Shown: positions 35,940-51,100, numbered from the whole stretch's first letter. The stretch is 56,183 bases of DNA, filler included, from Jimgerdemannia flammicorona (GCA_003990765.1; 3 parts of 3 records of this genome joined end to end with filler, not necessarily neighbours in it), one strand, 5' to 3'. The notes: generated from the sequence alone by a model not told the origin. A program made the numbers and translations.

Positions 35940-37222
35940 TGTAAGCGCACAATCTGCAAGCCACTGAAATTACACGTCACCCTCTGAACAAACCTAGAAA
36001 TCACCTGCTTGATCACGAAGCTGAGTTAAATCGAAGTCACAGCACACAAAGCTAAGTCAATACGAAGTCATGGAATACAAGATTTACACAAATGGAATCT
36101 TACCAATTAGGACTAAATGCATATATACCGAGCACTAAGACATGTCAAATCAGAGAACTAAAACAAATAACAACTACAACTTCCAAACATATAAACATGA
36201 CCACCGAGATCTATACCTGCATCTGTGCTGACATTTGGAATGCCATTGTCAACTGAGCCACACCCCCTCTGCCCCTCATGAATATCCATAGCCTAGCACC
36301 CCTCTACTTCATGGAAGCCCGATGGAATGCTCTGAACATACTTAGCGAGGCCCATCGAATCGGACAAATCTCAAGCTACTACCAGATCAGCCGCCTCCTG
36401 GAAGATATGATCGAACACCACCACGATACAGACATTACCCAGATGTCTCAACACCAGAAGCTCATCACCTGTAAATATCGAGAACTCTTCTATGAGTACA
36501 GCACCATTATTCCCCACCTCTGAGTTACTACCAGCAAAATGGTTGCTACCCTGTCCTATGGCCAAATCGATGACATAATACAAGAACTTAACCAAAAGTA
36601 CCTCAAGTACGTCGAAACCACAGACTAAACCTTCCCCCACCCCAATGATTACATCCTGCAAATGCCCTAAGTGGGATATGCCATGAAGGATATCCATGAT
36701 ATAAACCACTTCGATGAAGACGAAGCAGAAGACAATGATCCCTCTGATGCTGACATGACCTCTAGCCAAGGATCTCTGCCAACTCTGATCACACCGCCAA
36801 CCTTACTGATGAACTTGCAACAGTTTATAACTGCATATGAGACTTATTGGGACAATGACCACTGGCATGAATACCAATCTGCATTCACCCCCAATTACTT
36901 CAACTACAATGAAGAGACTGGAGAACACAACCTATATCTCCAGACAACTCTTGAGATCGAACCAATCACTCCACCACCTGAGTACAAGCAACATGAACCA
37001 CAGCCACCAGCTTGCAACTCATAGTACTGTAACCTACAGAAGGTATGCAGACAGTGAATCTGACAAAAGTGAAAATGATGCACCCCTCCTTCGCCCACCA
37101 ACACCTTATCCAGCATATGAGACTGATGATGCCATCTTGTAGGACAGAGATGAAGTTCCAATGTATTATTACCTCAGCAAACAAGGAGAAGTAATCTGCG
37201 AACCACTCTTCCTAGATGACTA
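35940..37222 (+). repeat. Long-form LTR copy (least mutated) inserted in integrase, truncated by a TAGTG-terminus insertion at 37223
   Basis: TGTAAGCGCACAA start; ORF fragments 36278-36523, 36671-37024 and the C-terminal part of 36837-37142. Confidence 0.9.
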
Positions 37223-37423
37223 TAGTGCACCGTACTTATACTCAACCTTTTTGCTACTCCTTTTTAATCTATTTAATAAAAAAAAATAAAAAATCGGAAA
37301 TTGATAGAATATTCTATCAAGTTTAATAAAATGAAGAGCTTTTTTAATTATTACATATAATATTTTAATAAAAATAGTTTTTTTATTATTTTATAATAAA
37401 TATTAAGACCAGTCACAATTTCG

Positions 37424-37523
37424 NNNNNNNNNNNNNNNNNNNNNNNNNNNNNNNNNNNNNNNNNNNNTTAATTAATTAANNNNNNNNNNNNNNNNNNNNN
37501 NNNNNNNNNNNNNNNNNNNNNNN
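37424..37523. other. Artificial contig spacer
   Basis: 44 N + TTAATTAATTAA + 44 N. Confidence 0.97.
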
Positions 37524-38175
37524 TTTTTCAGTTTAGTTCTTAGAATACTTACTCATTATTAAATAATATAATTTAATTCATTATCTAAAAAAAGTACAAC
37601 AGACTCATCTGATATTTGATATTTTATACTCTTTAATCTAAAAATATCTATATTTAGATTTACATATATATATAATCTGCTGTAAGCTTATCTATCTTTT
37701 TATAAATAATATCTATAGTCTCTAGATGAACAAGTCTATCAATCTTAATATAAAGCTCAACTTTTATTAAATTTTCAAAAATTAATTTGAGAATATTATT
37801 TGTAATTTAATAGTTTATTATTGAGAAAGAAGAGATTAATAGAATTATAAATTTGAATAAAAACTATAATAAAACTATATACTGATAGAATTAATATATT
37901 ATAGATAATTAAGATAACTATCAGCCCTAAGTTCTGAGTTCTTATGAGGAAGTACTAAGTTCTAATTATCTATTATAGCAATATAGTCTAATATTCTAAG
38001 TTAATTAGGCTCAGAATTATTAATAAGTTAGATCTAAGAATTCTTGACTTATCTGCAGAAGTCTCAACAGATACTTTATTGACCTCTTCTCTTCCTCAAA
38101 CCTCTGTTATCTCAACTATACTGTTATACTTTAAATGTATACCTCCTCTCTCTTCTTTAATACTCTCTTTAATTT

Positions 38176-39397
38176 TTTATTTTTTTTTTTTATTTTTTAT
38201 TTTTTTTTTATTTATTTTTTTTTATTTTATAGACTCAGAGTCTCATGGATTTTTATTGAAAGAGAACCTAGACTATATAGGCCAAAACTCTCCCCCACTA
38301 CCCATCAAGCACTGCTCCCTTATTGAACTTAGGCTAGCTATTATCCAGCAGCTCAACCATACCAGATATAGCAGAGCCTAATATAACCTATATCTCATTC
38401 TGTACACTATACTCTCTCTACCACTAGGGGGAAATTGACTATATACCAATGACTGAAAGTATATATCTGAAACCCTAACATATATACAAGGCTATGCTTG
38501 AGCCAAATAGAATAACCCCTACCACCTCAAGTGAAAATAACAGATAAAGAAAAAACCCTCCTCAAGGTACAGAACAGTGGGTAGAGTCTGGTTCTCCCAA
38601 GTAAGATAAGTAAAGAACTTATATATGAGATGAGAGAAGACCTCCAATACCCCACTACTCAAGTCTATAGGCCTTAATCATATTGCTATATCAGCTTCTG
38701 GTTTCAGTTGAGTATAGTCAAGATGCCTAACTTAGATAGCCTCAGGTCCCCCAGCCACTCTCAATGACTGGGGCCCAACTCTACAAATTACCAAAAGCAA
38801 CCAAGAGTGATATCTATCTAACTGCTCCACACCAATCAAAAGGCCCTACCAAAGCAGTACCTACCCCAGTCCTGATGACTACCCCCAACCTGGTACCCTA
38901 CTAGTCTATTGTTATTGTCCTTCCTTCTATTTGTAATGGGCATCTCTTCTCCCATCCTGATATCATTTGAAAAACAGTCACTTATATCAGAACTATACTT
39001 GCCAGAAAGCTTGCCAAAGTCAGAGGACCCTACTACAAGTACTGAGGACCTGTAGGTAACTTATACTGAGCACTTGATGCCCAAGATCAGCCAACTCTCT
39101 ATATAGCCTATGACATACTGAGATGATATCTTTTTGGTAACAGCAAAAGGAAGAAGATGCTATATCAAAATAGGTATACCCTAGATATAGCCAAAGGTAT
39201 CAGAAATTACAAAAAAGTAGAGAAGATACTGATCTGACACCAATAAAGAGACAACTCATCACTATTGCCTCCCTCCCACTGCTCTACAATAGATATAGTA
39301 AACTAATCTAAGATAGAGAGGGTATTAGTTATGGAAAGTAGACTCAAAAGGTTGTCTATCAAATCTTGTGACTGGTAAGATAGTAGAGAAAGGAGTA
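38176..39397 (-). mobile_element. 1.2-kb poly(A) retroposon, second complete copy
   Basis: Colinear with 23647-24840; A-rich tail; TSD TCTCTTYAATTT (38164-38175, 39398-39409). Confidence 0.82.
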
Positions 39398-41315
39398 TCT
39401 CTTCAATTTCTCTACTTCTAGCTATATATATCTTAGTCTTTAATTTGCCACACTCTTCTATATCACTGTATTAGCACACTTACTCAATATAGCTATAACT
39501 ACTCCAACTTGCCTGATTTCTACCTCACCTACTACCTCTGCTGAGTCTCTTTCAATCTGCCTGTCTTATTCTAGTATATCTTAGTAGCTATCTTTATTTT
39601 TGACCAGCAGACACCTACTGGAGATCTCTTACTTCTCCAATATTCAATTATAACTCCAATATCTACCACTCATTCTTCCCACAACTCTCTCTTCTCTAGT
39701 AAAGGAGAGTTGAGATATTAATATTCAGATTCATCTTTACTTCTACCAAACCATCTATACTTCACAACTCTCAATGATCAGACCAGGAGTACTACTCTAC
39801 TTTTAATATCTTCTAAACATCTAGCTCTTAGTAATCAGCCATCAGAATTCAGTCATTCTTATTTCCAATCTATTCACTTAGTATATATAGACCCTTCTAT
39901 CACCTCATATCTTCCTATCAGTATCTATTAGAGGGCTTAACCACCCCATTTCTTTCTAACTATCTAGACTCCTCACTATAGCCAATAATACCTCTCTCCT
40001 CATTAGTCCTATTTACTAATACATTATATACTATATTAAACCTCTCAGTATATCTATACCTGCTTTGACTAGAGCTCTATATTTCAAAAGTCTATCTAGC
40101 TATTCTACTCAATTACTTCTCACAGCTAGATAATAGTAAGAGTCTACTATTACTAAATTCTATTCTAGCCTTTATTACTTTCTCTATATTAAGCAATCTC
40201 TCCATTCTCTGATTGTATATAATTCTCTCTTGTCTTTCTACACTAAAATCTCTACTCTACTCCTCTAAACTACTATATCATCACATTTGCTTATCTATGC
40301 TTATCTGTTTAATTCCTTCTCATATTGTATATTCTGTACTAGGAAAAGATCTGTCTCTAAGCCCTGCAATTAAGCAAAAATGTTTTAACATCTTATATAG
40401 CCCCTCAGACCTTTGTATTTATTGAGAAAATGTTAGTTATATTGTTTATAAATAAATAATATTTGGTAGAGTTTCCAACTCTCTTATAATTTCATACTTA
40501 TTTTCTCTCTAGCTATATTCAAATTGTGTTCTATATTTGCTTCAATATTCTCATCCTTCTTAGTATCCAATCTAGTCAGTATCTCTGCCATCTTCTCATT
40601 ATTCCAGGTCTTCATCAACTTCTTATACTCCTTATACAATAGCTATTAGATTACTAATCTACTTTGCTGTCTCTACTTAAATTTAGTATACTCTCAATAA
40701 CTATTATCAAATTAGCCTCTCTTTCAGCATTGACATCATAGCCTTTAATCTTCAACATTATAGCCAAAACCTCAGACTTCAGTCTCTCTACTACTTTCTC
40801 ACTACTTAGCACTCTCTTCTAGATTTTCTCACTGATAATATATAGGTCTAACTCTCTTAGCTCATCTATAGCCAACTTTCTCATTATCAAAAACATCTAA
40901 TAAGTATTACCCAGATACTTTCCCTCTGGAGTTACAGGCCTCTCCTTCTTTAATAAAGTAGTATTAGCTCTAATACTAATAGACTCATCTTACTCTACCT
41001 TCAGAAAATCAAGTACTCATCCTTCTCTATCCCAACCACCTGCTCTCTCTTCTTGATATCTAGTACTATAAATCTGATCTTATATATGTCTCTTATCTTT
41101 ATATTCTCTATACCCCCCCTTTTCAGAATATCAGCCTGCACTAGATATTTCATCTCCTTCTCTCAGACTTTGAGCATACCATTCTCATAGAGCTACTGAC
41201 CCTTTATCTCCTCACTCAATACCATAGTCTCTGTTCTCTCTCTCTTCCCACTTATAGCCCAATTACTCTTCTTTGCTCCTTCTATTCCTTCTCTCACCTC
41301 TCTCTTCATTCTCTC

Positions 41316-44300
41316 TTTTTTTTTTTTATAATTATAAGAACTTCCATTTTATTATCAAACTGTCTATAATATACTAATACAAAAAAACCCCCTCACCCAA
41401 TCTAACTCAGAAACTTCCTCTCTCTTTCACCATTCATCTGAAATACTGCTAACCCCCCTGCTACCCCAATTCTCCCCTCACTTTTCCTATAGATTGTCTC
41501 TATCAGTTACCTCTGATACCCCCCACCAGTACCCCCACCTCTCTACCACTCATTCAATAGGTCTGTCATCAGCCACTCCCAACTAGCCACCCTTATCCTC
41601 AATGTCAACCATTAACCCTCCTCAAATATATATAGTATCCTGTAAGTTTGACCCAAATCACTAGTACCTATCTTAATATCAACCACTCATCTCTCAGCCC
41701 CTCCACCAGCCTCCTCCAGAGGTCACCCCACCTCCCTCCTGCTATCAACCCTAGTGGATACACCCCTAGCCATACCTCAAATACCCTTCAAAAGTCACCC
41801 ATCACCTCACACTCCCTAACCAATATTCAGGAGTCTGTACCACTCCTCTCTTCTGCCCAATATCCAGACACTCCTCACACTCCTGGGTACCACCTTCTAC
41901 CAAGTGACCTATCTGGTAGTTCAACATCATATTATGCCATAGAATTCTCCACCATGCCACCCAGAACTTGGGGGAATCCATCTCACCACCTGCTTACTCT
42001 ATAGCCAAATGCCATTCCAGTCTCACTCTTCTCCAATCTCCACCCCCTGCTATATCTCAGACTACAGATCCCTCTCATGCTCCCAAAAGTACTCTATACT
42101 ATCCTCTAAACAGAAGTCCTCCACTGGCACTCTGCCTGACAGAAGGTGGTCCTACCTCTACATCTGGGGTCTCCATTCCTTCTCCCCCTCATCACTCTAC
42201 TATCAGAGACCAATATGGTGAGCCCTATCAACTACTCTCCACCAGAATTCCCTATAGTGCATCCTCTGACTCCCTCCAAAGCCACCAGAGATAGAGGGAG
42301 AACTGGGCCTCCCATATCCTCTATATAAGGAGAATCCACTCTCTACCTCTTAGCTCACTTGCTCACTTTAGCCACCATACTCTCAAGTAATGAAGTTACT
42401 TGGGAAAATCCACTAGACCTAGGTCTCCCCAGTCTACTGGCCAGGTCAACACCTCTCAACCAATCTGACTCTATCATTCTGCCCATATCCAGGTCCTGGC
42501 CATCTTCAATAATTGCTTGACCATCCATATCAGAAAGTCCAAGTAATACTTTAGGTACTATAGCTTAGGTAGCTAGTATATATATATTCAACACTGTCAC
42601 CCTCTCTATTAGAGATATATAATGACTACTCCATCTCAAGAGAGTACTCTCCCACTCTACCAACCACTGCTCCCACCATCTGTGAGATAATAAGGAGCTA
42701 TATACCAAAAAGTAAATATCTAGATAGCAAACAACCTCTCCTATAGGGATAATTGTTCCAATCATATCTCCACCTACAATCTCTCCTCTCAACACCAAAG
42801 TCTCACACTTATGCCAGTTGAACTTAACATCTGAGCATCTCTCATATCACTCTATATATCTTTTAGTACTGCAATATCTTCAGCTAACTCCAGTCTGATC
42901 ACTATATCTTGGTGAAGGCTCCCACCTTCCAATTAATCTCCAGAATGTCCAAACCCTCTACCTTTTACTATATCCTATCCAAAAGAGGCTCCAGAGACAA
43001 TATATATAAGATCAGTGACAGTAGCTCCCCCTGTAGCACTCTCCTATCTAGAGGGAATGAAACTTCCCTATATCCATTCACTATAATTACTACTTGACTC
43101 TCTTCCAGCAGACTGATCAAGGCCTGCTAGACCTCAGAGAGGACTACAATACAATTTAGCACCCCTTCTAACCATACTTGCCAGACTCTATTATAGGCCT
43201 TCTCTTGGTCCAAGAAAGTCAGCCATCTATCTACTCCAGTAGTACAAGCTCTCTCAATGATACTATACACCTAGGCTGTCCTATCTCTGATTAGATATCC
43301 TCCTACAAATCCTCTCTACTCAGCCCCCAGAACCTGCTGAGCCACTCTTTGCAGTCTAGCCACCAGTATCTTTATGACTAGTTTGTAATCTATCTTCAAA
43401 AGTATAATCAGTCTTCAGTTTTTTCACTCCTTCCTCCTCCTCTTATTCTTAAACAGCAGAGCTATAAGACCCAAGCTCTGCCCTCCAATCCATATCTCTG
43501 AGCTAATCACTTCATTGTACATTGCTGTTATTTCCTCCAGAATTATCTCAACTCCTGCCATCTTCTTTCAAAAATCCCACTATAAGCCATTCTCCTCTGA
43601 TGCTATCTCTGAACTCATTGTTGTCAGTACCTACCAAATCTCTTTCTCTCAGACAGCAGCACCAAGATCACCTAAGTCCACTGCTGAATCAGAGTACTAT
43701 TCCTCCAAGTGTCTGTCAATGTCCAGTACCCCCCACCCCCCCATCCTCCTTACTCTACAATTGTCTCTACCATTTGCTCAACTGGTCCAGAATCTCTGAA
43801 GTCTCAACAACCAACTTCCCATCCTCATCTCATTACTGCCATACTCTCCTTGCCTGCAAAAGCTGTGACAAAAACTTAGTAGACCTCTCTCTCTCCTCTA
43901 ATTCCTACTATTATAGCCGGGCCACCATGTCCTTAATCTGTAGGTCCTCCTTTTACCTCAGCATACTCTTCAGCTCCTCTATCTCTAGCCTGATCTGCTG
44001 TATCCTCCAATCCCCCTTCTTACTATTATTCAATAGATCTGCTCAAGACACTAATAGCTTTATCAACCTCTGAGTCACTTTTTTCTCTAAGCACTCTGTA
44101 TTCTTTCTGCCTCCCCCTAGTACTATTGTGCCTCAGATTTCAATCTCTTCCAGCAATCCCCAATCTTCAGCCCTGCTACTCTCCAACCAAGTATCCTGGA
44201 GCTAATATCTACCACCCACACATCCCATAAGAAGGCCTTTCCTAGTAAAGAGGTGTTCAGACATCAATTTCCAGGCCCCTCCTAGCTTTCCCCAAAGCAT

Positions 44301-45130
44301 CCTCCTCCTAGAAGACCCCAGTGATCTGACTACAGATATTAAATAGTTTCCAAAGTCCTCTAGATATCAACTCTCCAGCATTCAGCTTTTAATATCCAGT
44401 CAATCCTCAAGCCCAGTCCCACTACTCAGTAAGTATAGACTCTATAATTCCCCCATCCAAGCCTCTCAGCATTCACTAATGAGCTCAGATGTTTGACTTT
44501 CTCCCAGGCTTCCATTCCACCACTCCTATCTGCCATCCCTCTATCAGTTCTGTCTATTTTTCCATTATATATCATATTAAAGTCCTTTCCTAGATAGTCA
44601 ATTCCTGTCTCTACCAATGCTCTAGACTCTTGTAGCTCTTAAATATATTCCACTTGTACCCTCTTTTCTGCTGGACAATAATATGACCTAACTATTAAGA
44701 GCCTCTAGCCTGGCCTCTTTCAAATACCCCACACTACTCTGCTCCCCAAATGTCCAATGTCTCTAATGTCCCCCTTGCTCTTTCTAACCAGAATGCCCAC
44801 CTGTCCACACCAAATAGCCACACCACCCCATTCCTTCATCCAGTCCAGAATATCTAAGACCCCATCACACTCAATATTCTATAGTAGAAATAAATCTGCT
44901 TCCAATCCCTTCAGCCATCCAAAGATATTTCAACATCTCACTACTTCTTATAGCCCATTGATATTCAATGATAAGATTCTAGTTATACTGTTGAAGAATA
45001 GCTGTCTACTTTACAATTCCATGCTCACCACATCACTAGCAATATCTAGATTCCTCTCTGCTCTGCCTCTCCCTGCTGAGCCTCTAATGCCTCCAAGATC
45101 TCCTGATAATTCACATCATCCACAGCTTCT
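41316..45130 (-). mobile_element. Degenerate L1-like LINE (ORF2 and end of ORF1)
   Basis: Poly(A) at 41316; APE start ILSLNING at ~44960, KDFNM; similar to the adjacent LINE. Confidence 0.8.
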
Positions 45131-45135
45131 ATCTC

Positions 45136-48100
45136 TTTTTTTTATTTTTATTTTTTTTTTTTATAATCACTTGGACTCCACCTTTATTACCAGTCTATGA
45201 ATAAGTATACATCATCACTACCCACTACCCAATTCCCATAGGGGGGCCCCTCTCCACCTCCTCATAAATAAAAATCACCCTTTCACCAACTACTCCAACT
45301 CTCCCCCCACTCTGCCCACAATTTTCTCCACTAAGTGGCACCTCCGACCACTCTGCAGCCCCCAACCAAGCTACCAGCCTGTTAAGGTGTCTTCCATAAG
45401 CCTATGCCACTGCAGCAACTGGTCCCCCAAGCTCTGTCTCCTCCCATCCTCAAAAACAAATAGCCAATGACTGACCAGCCCCACCCAAATAGCCAAAGCC
45501 CAACCCAAAGTAAGCCACTCCTTCCCTATCCCCCCTACCAATCTATCCCTCAAGTCCTCCCACCACCCCCATACTTCATCACCCCTACTCCATACCCCCA
45601 AGTGATCCCCAATTGTCTACCAAAAATCCCCCAACACCTCACACTCTCCTAGCCAATGTTCTGGCATCTGTACATAGCCCCCCTCCTGCCCCACATCATG
45701 GCACTCCTCACACTCGAAGCAACCCCCTACAACAAGGTGCCCTGAATGAAAGTTGAGCATAACATTCCTCTGCAGCATGCACCACCAGACCACCCAATAC
45801 TTAGGTAGCAGCCACATTCTCACTGCAGCACTCCAGGTCCAAATACTATACCAGTTCCACTCTTTGCCAATTCCAACTCCTTGCCAACTGCTAGGCCACA
45901 GATCCTGGCCTGGTCCCCTTTGGTATTCCATTCTATCACCAATGTTGAACTCAACTAAAGGAGTACCACCCAGCAGTATATGATCCCATCTCCACATTGC
46001 CGGGTCCCAATCCTTCTCTCCTTCATTTCCTTACCAATGAATACCAATACAGTGCACCCCTTCTGCAATCCCCCACCAAAAGCCTTTATATCGCAGTTGG
46101 GCAGTGTTCTGAAGCCCAACCAAGGAGAGGAGATCACCAGTTGAGTCTCTTGGCGATGCCTGCCTCTCTCATATCTTCTGTAGCAGAGGAATCCATCCAC
46201 CTCCTCTCAACTCCACTGCCCTCTTCAGCCACCATGCTCTCAAGCAGTGTAACCATTTTGGAAAGTCAATCAGCCCAAGACTGCCTCTTGCCACTGGAAG
46301 AGACAAGGTCTCCCAACTAATCTGACTCTGCTTGCCAGCCCAAATCTATCCCTTCACTGACTTCATCAATCTCTTCACTACCCAGGCCAGGAAATCCAGA
46401 TGATATGCCAGGTACCACAACTTTGGCAGTCAGTAGACATTCAAAATCGAGACCTGCCCTGCCAGAGAGAAATGTCTTCCCCCCCAACTCCACAGGGCCT
46501 CCTCCCAGATTCCAATCCGCTGCTCCCACCAAAGCCTGGGCAGAACTGACCTATAGACTGACAAGTAGATACCTAAGTACTGCACTGCTTCACCAGTGGG
46601 GATGATCGTTCCTATAACTTCCCCTCCCACCAGGCCGTTGCCTAGCACCATCATCTCATACTTATGCCAATTCAGCTTAGCTCCAGAGTACTCCTCATAC
46701 CACTCCACAGTCTTCTTGAGCTCCTCAACATCAGCAATTGAACCCAAACCCACCACTATGTCATCAGCAAAGGCCCCAACTTTCCATCCTATACCAAAGA
46801 CAGAGAGCTCCACTATCCACTGCCTAATTCGGTCCATAAGGGGTTCCAGGGAAAGAGCATACAAAATGGGAGACAATGGATCCCCCTGGGGCACCCCCTT
46901 ATCCAAGGGGAATGCTACCCCTCTATGTCCATTACATGTGAGTGCAGCCCTACTCCCTTCCAGTAGGCTGACCATTGCTGACCAGAATTGATGTGGAACC
47001 CCCATTCTATCCAAAACTTTCACCAGCCAGACTCTGTGCACCTGGTCGTATGCCTTCTCCTAGTCCAAGAAGACTAGACACCCATCCAGTCCACAGGCCC
47101 TTGTCCCTTCGATAATGCTATGCACCCAGGCAGTGCTATCCCTGATGAGCCGACCACCCACAAATCCCCTCTGCTCAACACCCATGACTTGCTGGGCCAC
47201 CTTCTGTAGTCTTGCCACCACCACCTTAGTAACCAACTTTCTGTCTATATCTAGCAACATTATCAGCCACCAGTTCTTCCAATCCTCCTGCCTTCCTTTG
47301 TTTTTGTAAAGCAGTATCACCAGCCCAAGGTCCTGCTCTCCCACCCACCTCCCTCTCTGTAGAATAAGGTCACACAGTGCCGTCATCTCTCCCATTACCC
47401 CTGGGACTCCAACCATTTGCTTCCAAAAGTCCCAGGGCAGACCATCCTCTCCAGGTGCCATATCTGGCGTTGTTGCGGCAAGAACCTGGTGGATCTCATC
47501 CTCCTGTACCGACATCATCAGGTCCCCTAGCCCTTCAACTTGTGGTGGGTGCCAATTCTCCAATGTTCATTCAATTGTAGCGGCATCTGCCCCACCCTCC
47601 TCCTCACTCCACAATCCACTCCATCACTCCTTCAGCAATCCAAGAATATCCTGTACACCATGCACCAGGACACCATCAGAGTCCAATACCCCTTCCCACC
47701 ATTGCTGTACCCGCCTCACCCTAAGGGCCCTTGTAAGAAGCTTGGAAGGCCTCTCTCCTTCCTCCAGATCCTGCCAACGAAGTCGTGCTGCCAAGCTCTG
47801 TACCCTTGCCTCTTCCTCCTCCTGCAGCACCTGTTGAAGTTCTCTAACCTCCATTTTCGCCCTCATTAATCTCCAATCTTCTTCTCTCTCCAACATCATC
47901 AGCCTTGCCCACTCCTCCAGGAGCCTTATCAATCTAGCAGAGGCCCAATGCACTCTTTGCTTTTGCTGCTTCCCTGCCTCCTTGCCAGCCTCCTTCCAGT
48001 AAATCCTGGCCATTTTCTTCATCCTCATCTACTGTGTCCCAACTGAGGCCCCTTCCTGCCTCCAGTTCTCCACCCTCAGCTGAATGTCTTTAGCCCACTC

Positions 48101-51100
48101 ATCCCACTGGGTCTTGTCATCTAACAAAGAGGAATTGAGGCACCAATGTCCAGGCCCATCCCCACTTCCCCCAAAGCACCCCTGTCCCAAAAGCCCCCAG
48201 TGATCCGACCATGGATACCATTCCACCTCCAGTGACTTCCAAACATCAAGTCCCCAGCAGTAGGCCATCAAAATCCAGTCGATTCTAGTCCCCAGACCCT
48301 CTGCCCAATGTGTATAAACCCTCCTATTCCCCCAGCACTCCCTTCCAGCATCTAATAGCACACTTAGTCTTTCTACTTCCTCTCATGCCACCAGCCCTCC
48401 ACTCCTGCTCTCAGCACCTCGTCCTCCATCTGTTCTATCCAGCAGTATGTCCCTAACCATATTGAAATCTCCCCCCAGCATATCCACCCCAGCCTCTGCA
48501 AGTAATCCACTCTTCTGTAAGCCTTTCACCCAATCTACTCGCTCACCCTGTACTGCAGGGCAGTAGCAGGAGCCAACCGTAACTGGCTCTCAGCCTGTCC
48601 AAATCCACTCTCCCCAGACCAGTCTCTCCCCCCAGCACCATATATTCTGTAGCTCCCCTCTGTCTTTCCTAACCAAAATCCCAACCTTGCCCTTCCAAAT
48701 CGCCACGCCTTCCCATTCCTTTGTCCATTCCAACCTATCAGAGTCATCTTCACACTGGACATTCTGTAAGAGGAAGAGATCGGCCTCCAATCCCTTCATC
48801 CAAGTAAAAATATTCCTACATCGAGAAGCGCCCCATAATCCATTCATGTTCAAAGAGAAAATATTGGTTGTACTGTTCATAATGATGATATATGTTATAT
48901 CATCAACCAGTCTCTACTGCTCTATGCTCATCTCCTCCTGCACCTTGTCCAGATTATATTCCTCAGCCACCACCTCCTCTTCTGCCCTCTGAGCCTCCAA
49001 TCCAGCCAGTAGTTCATTTATCTCTCCATCTGCCTTCTCCTCGAACTCCTCTCGGTATTCGATGCATGCCTCCTGCCAGAGCTGTAGTCTATGTCACTTG
49101 GTCCAGCAGTATTCAGCTCTCTCTCCAGCAACGACCACTATCTCTGCCTCCCTCTCCTTATCCACCTCATACTCTTCCTCCTCCAGGTACACTGCAAGAA
49201 TTTCTGCCTTCAATGCCTTCATTACTCCATCCCCCTGCAGTATCCCTGTCCAATGTTCATCACTCATCACTCGCAAGTCCACTTCCCCCAACTCTTCTGC
49301 CACCAGGTTATTTATCATCTGGTACATCCAAAGCAAGTTCCCCACCTCTTTCCCCCCCAGAGTCGCCAGCCTCCCTCCATCCAACATCATGGTGTCAGCT
49401 CCAGCACTTGCAGACTCATCCCATACTTCTGGGACATCTACCAGTTCCTCCTCGCCAGCTGCCACCACCTGTCCCCCATATGCCACCTCTGGAACTCTGA
49501 ATTGCACCCTCTGGGCCCCTCGTATTGGCACATCTTCAACCACCCTGTTCTGGGAAGCCGGGCCATGCCTGATGAGAGAGATAGGAGTAGGGGAGCCCTC
49601 CCAGTCCTCCTCCCAAACCTCCAGTATACCATCCATATATGGGTCCTTCCTAGCCTTCTCCTTGTCCTCCCACACCTCCTTCCTGTGCTTCCCCTCCCCC
49701 TTGCTGGCCCAGACACTTGCTTCGGCTCCCCCTGTGCCCTTCACCTTGCTTGCCTCCCCCAGTGGTCTGCTATCCAGCTTGGCCAGCAACTTCTTCTGTC
49801 TCTTATGCCCCTGAGCCCTTTCCCACTACTCCTTGGTCACTCGAATCTGCTTTCCATCCATCACCTCCAAGTGTGTCAACTCCACAAAAGCCTCCCAAGC
49901 CTTCGCTCACCTCTCTACAGCACCACCCAACTCTTCTAGTGCTTCCAATAAATCCTCCTCCTCCTCCTCACTTCCCTTCACCCTTGTCACCTTATACAGG
50001 ATTGCTCCCCAGACCATTGCTGAAGGCCAGTCCCTTGTCTTCCCTATGGCTTCTTTCTCAGCCAGCCAAATCTACACATCCATCCATGTCACCAGTCCTG
50101 AGCAAGGTCCCTTCCCAGACCCTGAACTCAATATCCACCACCTCTCCAAATTCTGCCATGAAATCCTCAACTCTCTTCCTTGTCTCTATCACCATCACCA
50201 TTAGCACTCCTTTCACCAGCAGTTGGACCACCCTGGGGTCCCACTTCAGGCACTACGCCATTGGAACACATACCTTCCCAACCACCAATCCAACCTTCAG
50301 CATCTCCTCCAGTAGTGCCATTTCCTCAAAACCCATCTCCACTCCTTCCAGGCCCTTCAAAAACTTCACAGACGCCACTCCTGCCACCTGCTTAGCAATG
50401 AGCCCCAGCATCATTTTCACCATCACCGCCAGGCCCTGGAAGCACAGTGTGACTACAAATACCAAAATCGATTTTTTGAGTAATGGGGCCACTGCCAGAC
50501 CCATTATACCATCCGCCAAGTCCCCTTGTCTTCTAAGCCTCAGCCACTCAGCCTCGCTATCAGCTGTCACATCTGGATTTTTTTCCAGATCGACAGTCCC
50601 AATACCATCAGCAGTCACATTCCCCCCAGCCGCTACTCTCCCAGCTCCACTGCCCCCCCTTCCAAGGGCCGCTCCTCCCTGCACTATCACCTTCTCGGTC
50701 TCCTTGCCCTTCCTCAGCCAGCCCTCCAGCCCTGATGTCTGCTGTCTCCCCTTCACCATCTCGTGAAGCTCACCCTCTCAGATCCTAATCCTCTGCCACC
50801 TCCTCCACCCCTTCCACATCCACCCACTAGCAGATCCCTCATACCCCCCCCCAGGCCTGGACCCCTCCCCACCTGGTACCAGTTGAAAGTGCTTGGGCCA
50901 CTCTGCCTAGTATGCACCTCAGGTTGCCTGTCAGTTGCCATGTTGTTAGTCTCTTTTTGCCAAAAACGCTGTTGAAAGTGCCTTCCAAAGGTTGTGTAAC
51001 CTGAATGGTACTGGAAAGAGGATGGCATCTTCCTATCAGTATATAGTTCTGTCCTACTACAAACTTGGTAGGAGCAGAGGGTGGCCATATAAAGAGGAGA

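Noticed and set aside
30940..37222. Flanking LTR copies as the second gypsy's own LTR pair
   Set aside because: They are inverted relative to each other, interrupt gag and integrase, and lack PBS and PPT.
39410..41310. CT-rich degenerate region as a gene
   Set aside because: CpG-poor with no intact frame or recognisable motif; probably an old transposon I cannot classify.
48892..50766. Long plus-strand Ser/Pro-rich ORFs (202-349 aa)
   Set aside because: Antisense shadows of the purine-rich LINE ORF1.
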